NCBI GenBank assembly: GCA_965202805.1
Contig: OZ241869.1
Span: forward strand, 3,904,001-3,968,000
Direction of reading: 5' to 3'
DNA length: 64,000 nucleotides
Source: Longimicrobiales bacterium
GTDB lineage: Bacteria > Gemmatimonadota > Gemmatimonadetes > Longimicrobiales > Gaopeijiaceae
Shown: piece by piece, positions 56,777 to 64,000 of the stretch
Position numbering within the stretch: position 1 is the first letter of the stretch
Layout: every line of letters begins with the position of its first letter
Made by a program: the position numbers and the translations under genes
The notes under the pieces: generated by a model
What the model saw: only the letters and a program-made list of their open reading frames with translations
Database searches by the model: none
Told to the model about the DNA's origin: nothing

Positions 56777-58342
56777 GTGAATCCCTCCGTCCCCTCGCCG
56801 GTCGAGTCCGCGGGCGATTCGCGCGCAAGCGGGCCGACCGCGAGCGGGGCCGTCCGATGGGCCAAGGTCATCGACCATTCCCGGTGCATCGGCTGTCATG
56901 CCTGCACCACCGCCTGCAAGTCCGAAAACGAAGTCCCGCTGGGCGTCACCCGCACCTACGTCAAGTACGTCGACGCCGGGGAGTTCCCGCGGACCCGGCG
57001 GGCGTTCCAGGTTACCCGTTGCAACCAGTGCGAGGACGCTCCCTGCGTCACCGCCTGTCCCACCTCGGCCATGTTCCGCCGGTCGGACGGCATCGTGGAC
57101 TTCGACAAGGCCGCGTGCATCGGCTGCAAGGCCTGCATCGCCGCCTGCCCCTACGACGCCATCTTCATCAACCCTGAAGACCATTCGGCGGAGAAGTGCA
57201 ACTTCTGCGCGCACCGGCTGGACATGGGGCTCGAGCCGGCGTGCGTGGTCGTGTGTCCCACGGAAGCGATCCTGGTCGGGGACCTGAGCGATCCGCTCGC
57301 CAAGGTGACCGAGATGGTGCACGAGGACGCGCTCACGGTTCGGCGTCCGGAGAAGGAGACCCGGCCGAAGCTCTTCTACAAGGACGCGCGCCAGGTGACG
57401 CTGGACCCGCTGGCGGCGGCACGGCCCGAGGGGGGGCTCTTCATGTGGAGCGAGCAGGGAAGCGGCGCCGACCAGGTGACGTCGGGCCACCCGGGGTCGA
57501 GCAACTCCTCCGCGGGCGCGATCCTCAGCTACGACGTACCCCACAGCGCTCCCTGGGACGCGCGCGTCAGCCTCTACACCTGGACGAAGTCGATTGCGGC
57601 CGGAGCCTATCTGGTGCCGCTGCTGCTCATCCTGTTCGGGGCGCTCTCCTGGACGGACCCGCTCTGGCTCTTCGGCGCGCCGCTGCTGGCGATGGTGTTT
57701 CTGGTGCTCACGACGGGCCTTCTGATCTGGGATCTGGAGCATCCCGGCCGCTTCCACTACATCCTCCTGCGGCCGCAGTGGCGAAGTTGGCTGGTGCGCG
57801 GCGGGGTCGTGCTGGCCGGATTCGGGGCCGTGCTGGCGATCCATCTGGGGGCGGCCTGGACGGGGGCCTCCGGGGGCGTCCGCGTGCTGGCGCTGGCCGG
57901 AGGCCCGCTGGCCGCCATGACGGCGGTGTATACGGCCTACCTGTTCGCCCAGGCCAAGGCCCGCGACCTGTGGCAGAATCCCCTGCTTCCTCCTCACTTC
58001 CTGGTTCAGGCACTGCTCGCGGGAGCGGTCGCCGTCCATCCCCTGGCGGCGCCCGGGCTGCGTCCGTTGCTGGCGGGCGCGTTCGCGGCCCTCACCGCCG
58101 CTCACCTCCTGCTGATCCTGGGCGAGATCACCATCACGCACGGCACCGCGCACGCGCACCTGGCCGTCCGTGAGCTGACCCGGGGGCGCTTCGCCGCCTG
58201 GTTCCGGGCCGGCATCGTCCTGAGCGCGGTCGGGCTCGCCGCCCCCTGGATCGGGCTGCCGGCGCTGCTGGCCGGACTCGTTGGACTGCTCGCATACGAG
58301 CACGCCTACGTGCAGGCGGGACAGGCCGTCCCCCTGTCGTGA
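56777..58342 (+). CDS. Fused 4x[4Fe-4S] ferredoxin (NrfC/PsrB-like) and NrfD/PsrC membrane anchor
   Basis: CIGCHACTTAC, CNQCEDAPCVTAC, CIGCKACIAAC, CNFC...CVVVC; DLEHPGRF...PQWRSWLVRG; about 8 TM helices. Confidence 0.9.
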   Translation: MNPSVPSPVESAGDSRASGPTASGAVRWAKVIDHSRCIGCHACTTACKSENEVPLGVTRTYVKYVDAGEFPRTRRAFQVTRCNQCEDAPCVTACPTSAMFRRSDGIVDFDKAACIGCKACIAACPYDAIFINPEDHSAEKCNFCAHRLDMGLEPACVVVCPTEAILVGDLSDPLAKVTEMVHEDALTVRRPEKETRPKLFYKDARQVTLDPLAAARPEGGLFMWSEQGSGADQVTSGHPGSSNSSAGAILSYDVPHSAPWDARVSLYTWTKSIAAGAYLVPLLLILFGALSWTDPLWLFGAPLLAMVFLVLTTGLLIWDLEHPGRFHYILLRPQWRSWLVRGGVVLAGFGAVLAIHLGAAWTGASGGVRVLALAGGPLAAMTAVYTAYLFAQAKARDLWQNPLLPPHFLVQALLAGAVAVHPLAAPGLRPLLAGAFAALTAAHLLLILGEITITHGTAHAHLAVRELTRGRFAAWFRAGIVLSAVGLAAPWIGLPALLAGLVGLLAYEHAYVQAGQAVPLS

Positions 58343-58347
58343 GGACC

Positions 58348-58398
58348 GGATCGTGAAGAACGGCGGCCACAGGATCGTGGCATGAAGAACGGCGGCCG
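58348..58398. repeat. Duplicated start region of the molybdopterin enzyme gene
   Basis: ggatcgtgaagaacggcggcc followed by ggatcgtggcatgaagaacggcggcc. Confidence 0.8.
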
Positions 58399-61312
58399 CG
58401 AGGAGCTGAAGCGCCTGAACGAGCGGGTGTCGGCCGCCCGCCGGGAAGCGGAGGCTCGGGGGGAGAGCTTCTACCCGGGGCCCAGCCGCGTACACCTGGC
58501 CTCGTTTCCGCCGAGAGAGCGCTGGGACGACTGGGTGGAACTCGACTCGCGCGCCTGGCCTCGGCGGGTCGAGAAGCGGTACATGCTGGTGCCGACCACC
58601 TGCTTCAACTGCGAGTCCGCCTGCGGGCTGCTGGCCTACGTGGACCGCGACACGCTCGAGGTGCGCAAGTTCGAGGGCAATCCCGAGCACCCGGGGTCGC
58701 GCGGCCGCAACTGCGCGAAAGGGCCGGCGACCGCCAACCAGATCACCGACCCGGACCGGATCTTGTACCCGCTGAAGCGCGCTGGCGAGCGGGGTTCCGG
58801 CCAGTGGACCCGGGTCGGCTGGGACGAGGCCCTGGACGACATCGCCGGACGCATTCGCCGGGCGCTCGAGGAGGGCCGGCAGAAGGAGATCATGTACCAT
58901 GTGGGCCGCCCGGGAGAGGACGGCTTCACCGAGCGCATGCTGGCGGCGTGGGGCGTGGACGGGCACAACTCGCACACCAACATCTGCTCGTCGGGGGCGA
59001 GGGCCGGCTACCACCTCTGGATGGGGATGGACCGTCCCAGCCCAGACCACTCCCACGCGCGCGTCATCCTCCTGGTGTCGAGCCACCTGGAGACGGGGCA
59101 CTACTTCAACCCGCACGCCCAGCGCATCATCGACGCCAAGGCCGGCGGGGCGAAGCTCGTCGTCCTCGACACCCGCCTCTCCAATACCGCAACGCACGCC
59201 GACCACTGGCTGTCCCCCTACCCGGGCTCGGAGGCCGCCATCTTCCTGTCCATCGCGCGCTGGCTGGTCGCGAACCGGCTCCACAACCGCGACTTCGTGC
59301 GCCGCTGGTGGAACTGGCGGGAGTTCATGGCCGAGGCGCACCCCGATCTTCCGCCCGACTTCGAGCGCTTCGAGGAACAGCTCGAGGAGATGTACGCCGA
59401 GTACACGTTCGACTACGCGGCGCGCGAGTCCGGGGTGGACGCGGGCGCGATCGAGGCGGTGGCACGCCTCGTGGCCGGGGCCGGGACCCGGCTCTCGACC
59501 CACAACTGGCGTAGCGCGGCGGCGGGCAACCTCGGCGGCTGGCAGGTGGCCCGCACCCTCTTCCTGCTCAACGCGCTGACGGGATCGGTCGCGACCGAGG
59601 GGGGCACCCATCCCAATTCGTGGAACAAGTTCGTGCCGCGCCCCATCCATCTGCCGCGCCATCCCGATCACTGGAACGAGCTCACCTGGCCCGCCGAGTA
59701 TCCGCTTGCGCTGATGGAGATGTCCTTCCTCCTGCCGCATCTCCAGAAGAGGAGCGGCGACTTCCTGGAGGTCTACTTCACGCGCGTGTACAACCCGGTC
59801 TGGACCAACCCGGACGGGTTCTCCTGGATCGAGATGCTGACCGATCCGGAGCGGGTCGGCCTGCACGTCGCCCTGACGCCGACCTGGAACGAGACCGCCC
59901 ACTTCGCCGACTACGTGCTCCCGATGGGACTCGGCTCCGAGCGCCACGACGTGCACTCCTATGAGCAGTACGCGGGCCAGTGGGTGGGCTTCCGGCAGCC
60001 CGTGCTGCGCGCCGCGCGCGAGCGCCTGGGCGAGAGCGTCTCCGACACCCGCGAGGCCAACCCCGGCGAGGTGTGGGAGGAGAACGAGTTCTGGATCGAT
60101 CTCACCTGGCGCATCGATCCCGACGGCGACCTCGGCATCCGCTCGTTCTTCGAATCGCGCGCGCGCCCGGGGACGAAGCTCGGCATCGACGAGTACTACG
60201 GATGGATGTTCGAGAACTCCGTTCCGGGACTTCCCGAAGCCGCCGCCCGGGAGGGCATCACGCCCCTCGAGTACATGCGCCGGTACGGGGCCTTCGAGGT
60301 CGCGTCCAAAACGGGCGCGCTGCACGAGGACGCGGTTCCCGACGCGGAGCTCGACGACGTCCGGGTCGACGCGGACGGGCGCGCCTTCACCCGCGGCCCC
60401 GGGCCCGATTCCTCCAACGTGGTCCCGCTCCCCGTGCTCGACGGCGACGCGGACGGGCGCAGGCGGGCCGGGGTGGAAGTGGACGGCCGCATCGTCAGAG
60501 GCTTTCCCACGCCTTCGGGACGGCTGGAGTTCTGGTCGCGCACCCTCGCGGAGTGGGGCTGGCCCGAGCTGGCCACCCCCGGATACACGCGCAGTCACAT
60601 CCACAGGGAGAACCTGGACGACGGCCAGATGGTGCTCATCTCGACCTTCCGGGTTCCGATCCAGATCCACACCCGCAGCGCCAACGCGAAGTGGCTCGAC
60701 GAGATCGCCCATACCAACCCGCTCTGGATCCACCCGGACGATGCGCGGGGGATCGGCGTCGGCACCGGCGACCTGGTGCGGGTGGAAACCGAGATCGGTC
60801 ATTTCGTGGTGCGTGCCTGGGTGACCGAGGGGATTCGCCCCGGGGTGGTCGCGTGCAGCCACCACATGGGCCGCTGGAAGGTCACCGACCACGGCCAGAA
60901 CCAGGCGATGGCCACCGTGGACCTGGAGCACGACGAGGACGGCTGGTCGCTCAGGCGCCGCAAGGGGGGTGGTCCGTACGAGTCGGCGGACGCCGACACC
61001 AGCCGCATCTGGTGGACCGACGTGGGCGTGCATCAGAACCTGACCTTCCCCGTCCATCCGGACCCGATTTCCGGATCGCACTGCTGGCACCAGGCGGTGC
61101 GCGTGAGCGGGGCCCGCCCCGGGGACGCCTACGGCGACATCGCCGTCGACGCCGGCCTCTCCAGCCGGGTCTTCCGCACGTGGCTCGGCTACACGCGCCC
61201 GGCGGGGCGCGTCTCTCCCGACGGTACCCGGCGCCCCTACTGGATGCTCAGGCCGGTGCGCCCCTCGCGCGAAGCGTACCAGCTGCCCGCGGACGATCCC
61301 GCGCGAGGTTAG
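58382..61312 (+). CDS. Molybdopterin (bis-MGD, DMSO reductase superfamily) oxidoreductase catalytic subunit without a Tat signal
   Basis: CFNCESAC...CAKG FS0 cluster, RILYPLKR, HTNICS (likely Cys ligand), ADYVLP, C-terminal molydop-binding domain (LWIHPDDA..G...GD.V). Confidence 0.9.
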   Translation: MKNGGREELKRLNERVSAARREAEARGESFYPGPSRVHLASFPPRERWDDWVELDSRAWPRRVEKRYMLVPTTCFNCESACGLLAYVDRDTLEVRKFEGNPEHPGSRGRNCAKGPATANQITDPDRILYPLKRAGERGSGQWTRVGWDEALDDIAGRIRRALEEGRQKEIMYHVGRPGEDGFTERMLAAWGVDGHNSHTNICSSGARAGYHLWMGMDRPSPDHSHARVILLVSSHLETGHYFNPHAQRIIDAKAGGAKLVVLDTRLSNTATHADHWLSPYPGSEAAIFLSIARWLVANRLHNRDFVRRWWNWREFMAEAHPDLPPDFERFEEQLEEMYAEYTFDYAARESGVDAGAIEAVARLVAGAGTRLSTHNWRSAAAGNLGGWQVARTLFLLNALTGSVATEGGTHPNSWNKFVPRPIHLPRHPDHWNELTWPAEYPLALMEMSFLLPHLQKRSGDFLEVYFTRVYNPVWTNPDGFSWIEMLTDPERVGLHVALTPTWNETAHFADYVLPMGLGSERHDVHSYEQYAGQWVGFRQPVLRAARERLGESVSDTREANPGEVWEENEFWIDLTWRIDPDGDLGIRSFFESRARPGTKLGIDEYYGWMFENSVPGLPEAAAREGITPLEYMRRYGAFEVASKTGALHEDAVPDAELDDVRVDADGRAFTRGPGPDSSNVVPLPVLDGDADGRRRAGVEVDGRIVRGFPTPSGRLEFWSRTLAEWGWPELATPGYTRSHIHRENLDDGQMVLISTFRVPIQIHTRSANAKWLDEIAHTNPLWIHPDDARGIGVGTGDLVRVETEIGHFVVRAWVTEGIRPGVVACSHHMGRWKVTDHGQNQAMATVDLEHDEDGWSLRRRKGGGPYESADADTSRIWWTDVGVHQNLTFPVHPDPISGSHCWHQAVRVSGARPGDAYGDIAVDAGLSSRVFRTWLGYTRPAGRVSPDGTRRPYWMLRPVRPSREAYQLPADDPARG

Positions 61313-61318
61313 CAGCCC

Positions 61319-62245
61319 GTGGAGCTCATCCGCGCGCTGGCGACGCTGGCCGAGCCTCCGCACCCCGCGCACGCTCCCATCGCCCGCGCCCTCGCGCTGC
61401 CGGATCTCCCGCGGCCCGCCGACCACACCGAGCTCTTCCTCTTCCAGCTGTACCCGTTCGCCTCGTTCCACGTGGGCGCGGACGGGATGCTGGGTGGCGA
61501 GGCCGCCGACCGGGTGGCGGGCTTCTGGCGCGCGCTGGGCAGGGAGGCTCCCGACGAGCCGGATCACCTGACGGCGTTGCTGGGCCTGTACGCGGGGCTT
61601 GCGGACGCCGAAGCGCGCGAATCGGCCGGAGCGGGCCGGATTCTGCGCCGGGAGAGCCGCAAGGCCCTCCTCTGGGAACATCTGCTCTCCTGGCTTCCGC
61701 CCTGGCTGCACGCCGTATCCGAAATCGCTCCCCTCTTCTATCGGCGCTGGTCCCAACTCCTGCGCGCCGCCCTTTTCTCGGAGGCCGCGAAACTCGGGGC
61801 GCCGGACCGGCTGCCGCTGCACCTGCGCGAGGCGCCGCTCCTCGAAGACCCGCGCACCAGCGGGGGAGACGCCTTTCTGCGTCAGCTGACCGCGCCCGTG
61901 CGCACCGGCATGCTTCTCACGCGTGCGGACCTGGCGCGTTGCGCCGACGACCTGGGGCTCGGGCGGCGGGCGGGGGAACGCCGCTTCATCCTGAAGGCGC
62001 TGCTCTCCTCGAGTCCCGAGGCCGCCCTCGACTGGCTCGCCCGGGAGGCCGCGCGCTGGCGAGGAGTGCACGAGCGCTACCGGGCGGAGGCCGAAGTCGT
62101 TTCCCGCTTCTGGAAGTCCAGGGCGGACGCCGCCCACCGCCTTCTGGCCGAGCTGGCGCGTGATGCCCGGGAGGGCGACCGGGCCGCCCCGTCCCCGCCC
62201 GGCGGGGAGCCGCCCGCCCGCCCGGCGGCGGCAGGCTCCAGTTGA
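61319..62245 (+). CDS. TorD/DmsD family molybdoenzyme maturation chaperone
   Basis: YPFAS, EPDHL, EHLLSW. Confidence 0.85.
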   Translation: MELIRALATLAEPPHPAHAPIARALALPDLPRPADHTELFLFQLYPFASFHVGADGMLGGEAADRVAGFWRALGREAPDEPDHLTALLGLYAGLADAEARESAGAGRILRRESRKALLWEHLLSWLPPWLHAVSEIAPLFYRRWSQLLRAALFSEAAKLGAPDRLPLHLREAPLLEDPRTSGGDAFLRQLTAPVRTGMLLTRADLARCADDLGLGRRAGERRFILKALLSSSPEAALDWLAREAARWRGVHERYRAEAEVVSRFWKSRADAAHRLLAELARDAREGDRAAPSPPGGEPPARPAAAGSS

Positions 62246-63828
62246 GCCGCCCGCCGCAACCGAAGCCCCGGGCACACCCGGGGCAGAGAGCCGGGGAGCC
62301 GCCCGCCGAGGTCGTGCGGCGCGACCTGATCGCGGGGATCAGCGTCGCGCTCATCCTGATCCCCCAGTCGATGGCGTACGCGGAGCTGGCCGGGCTGCCC
62401 GCCCACTACGGACTCTACGCCGCCGCCCTCCCACCCATCGGCGCCGCGCTCTTCGCCTCCTCCCCGTACCTGCATACCGGTCCGGTCGCCCTGAGCGCGC
62501 TGCTCACCTTCGGCGCCCTCATCCCCATGGCCGAGCGCGGCAGCGTCGAGTACGTGGGGCTCGCCGTGCTGCTGGCCCTGGTGGTGGGGGCGGCGCGGCT
62601 CCTCATCGGCCTGCTGCGCGCGGGCGGCGTCGCCTACCTCATGTCCCAGCCGGTCATCCAGGGCTTCACCTCGGCGGCGGCGCTCCTCATCGTCCTCTCC
62701 CAGGTGCCGACCGCCCTCGGCGTGAGCGCGCCGGGGGAGGGGGTGGTGGGCCAGGCGCTCTGGGCGGTGACCCATCCCGGCCTGTGGGAGCCCGCGAGCA
62801 TCGGCTTCCTGGCGATGGCCGTGGTCATCATCATGGGCGCGCGCAGGATCAACCCCAGCCTTCCGGGCGTGCTCTTCGCGACCGCGCTGGCTCTGATCAT
62901 CTCGTCGACCACCCAGTACGGGGGCTCCGTGCTGGGGGAGATCCCCGTACGCGGCATTCCCGGCGCGCCGGAGCTTCCCTGGCTGCAACTGCCGTCCCTG
63001 CTCATCCCGGGGCTGGTGATCGCGGTGGTGGGCTTCGCCGAGACGACATCCATCAGCCAGACGTTTGCGGCGCAGGATCGCACGCCCTGGGATCCGAACC
63101 GGGAATTCGTCAGCCAGGGGGTCGCCAACGTCATCTCCGGACTCTCCGGCGGATTCCCCGTCGAGGGCTCCTTCAGCCGCTCCAGCCTCAACCGCTCGGC
63201 CGGCGCGCGCACGCGCTGGAGCGGGGCGGCGAGCGGGGTGGCGGTGCTGCTCTTCCTGCCGTTCGCCTCGGTGCTGGCGCCGCTTCCGCGGGCGGTGCTG
63301 GCCGCCATCGTCATCACCGCGGTGGCGACCCTGGTTCGGGTGGGAGACCTGGTTCGCATCTGGAGGTTCTCACGCCTGCAGGCGATGGTCGGATGGGCCA
63401 CCTTCGTCCTGACCCTCCTTCTGGTTCCCCGGATCGAGGAAGCCGTGCTGGTGGGCGTGGTGCTATCGCTCGCGGTCCATCTCTGGCGCGAACGAAAGAT
63501 GAGGCTGTCCCTGTGGAATGCGGACGGCGCGCTGCACCTGGCGCCCCGGGGCGTGCTCTGGTTCGGATCGGCTCCCGTTCTGGAGAAGGCGGTCGCCCGT
63601 GCGTTCGTGGAGGTGGGGGACCTGCGTGAACTCGTCTTCCACCTGAACGGAGTGGGCCGCCTGGACTTTACCGGCGCCCTCCTCATCGAGCGCATCATCC
63701 AGCAGGCGCGCGACGCAGGCGTCGAGACACGCTTCGACGGGATCCCGCCGCACGCGGAGAAGCTCATGCGCCGCGTCTTTGCCTGGACGCCCCCGCAGTC
63801 CGGGCCGCTGACGCTCGCGGACGACTGA
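62242..63828 (+). CDS. sulP: SulP family inorganic anion transporter with STAS domain
   Basis: DLIAGISVALILIPQSMAYA, GLY, GFTSAAA, NREF..QG.AN, GSFSRS, STAS (G.LWFG, LDFTG). Confidence 0.95.
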   Translation: MSRPPQPKPRAHPGQRAGEPPAEVVRRDLIAGISVALILIPQSMAYAELAGLPAHYGLYAAALPPIGAALFASSPYLHTGPVALSALLTFGALIPMAERGSVEYVGLAVLLALVVGAARLLIGLLRAGGVAYLMSQPVIQGFTSAAALLIVLSQVPTALGVSAPGEGVVGQALWAVTHPGLWEPASIGFLAMAVVIIMGARRINPSLPGVLFATALALIISSTTQYGGSVLGEIPVRGIPGAPELPWLQLPSLLIPGLVIAVVGFAETTSISQTFAAQDRTPWDPNREFVSQGVANVISGLSGGFPVEGSFSRSSLNRSAGARTRWSGAASGVAVLLFLPFASVLAPLPRAVLAAIVITAVATLVRVGDLVRIWRFSRLQAMVGWATFVLTLLLVPRIEEAVLVGVVLSLAVHLWRERKMRLSLWNADGALHLAPRGVLWFGSAPVLEKAVARAFVEVGDLRELVFHLNGVGRLDFTGALLIERIIQQARDAGVETRFDGIPPHAEKLMRRVFAWTPPQSGPLTLADD

Positions 63829-64000
63829 CGGACGGCGGATGCGCCGATCCTCCGCCTGCCCTCCGGATGGATTCCCGCGCGGCAAAACTTCCTCGCCGCC
63901 TCGCGCGTAGGGGCGCCATTGCGGACGGGGACCGGACGAATGCGCGGGCTGCGCGTGCCGGGCACCCGCCCATCCCTTGGGCAGTTGCCGGTCGCTTCGG

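Noticed and set aside
56339..62275. 1978-aa minus-strand ORF
   Set aside because: Antisense shadow of the hup-NrfCD-molybdoenzyme-TorD genes; no motifs; such shadows are expected in high-GC DNA.

Overview
High-GC bacterial chromosomal window with no phage, CRISPR array or rRNA. Gene content (expanded exported beta-propeller lipoproteins, VPS10-like protein, PQQ dehydrogenase, yggS-punA-ileS-rluD block) suggests Gemmatimonadota; this taxonomy is an inference. 1-7.0 kb: partial serine hydrolase, then five tandem paralogous beta-propeller lipoprotein genes with conserved ends, conserved spacers and mosaic interiors. 7.1-17.7 kb: exported redox cluster (cytochrome c-PQQ dehydrogenase, unknown secreted protein, heme c-fused PHM-like dicopper monooxygenase, atypical Tat aldo/keto reductase), RidA lipoprotein, DUF1028-TPR protein, hipBA and a PAL-like NHL lipoprotein. 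17.7-26 kb: two paralogous AraC-like regulators flanking an LCAT-like hydrolase, a one-polypeptide kinase-receiver-wHTH regulator and an Ig-repeat GH113-like lipoprotein. 26-32 kb: accessory patch with a macrodomain-like protein, AAA_14 ATPase, PIN remnant, two PPC-domain proteins and an IS481 pseudogene. 32-44 kb: VPS10-like protein, a tctC-TPP enzyme-tctB-tctA operon and a convergent ggt-small protein-Tat amidase operon. 44-56.8 kb: exbB-exbD-exbD-tonB, yggS-punA-ileS (GLHH motif)-rluD, a second DUF1028, hsdM remnant, higA with truncated higB, tRNA-Val(TAC) and HU. 56.8-63.8 kb: NrfC-NrfD fusion, Tat-less molybdopterin oxidoreductase, TorD-like chaperone and SulP. The strongest candidate novel system is a split, heme/PQQ-fed PHM+PAL (peptide alpha-amidation-like) pathway; the shuffled propeller array is second. 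All calls come from reading motifs by eye; no searches were run.
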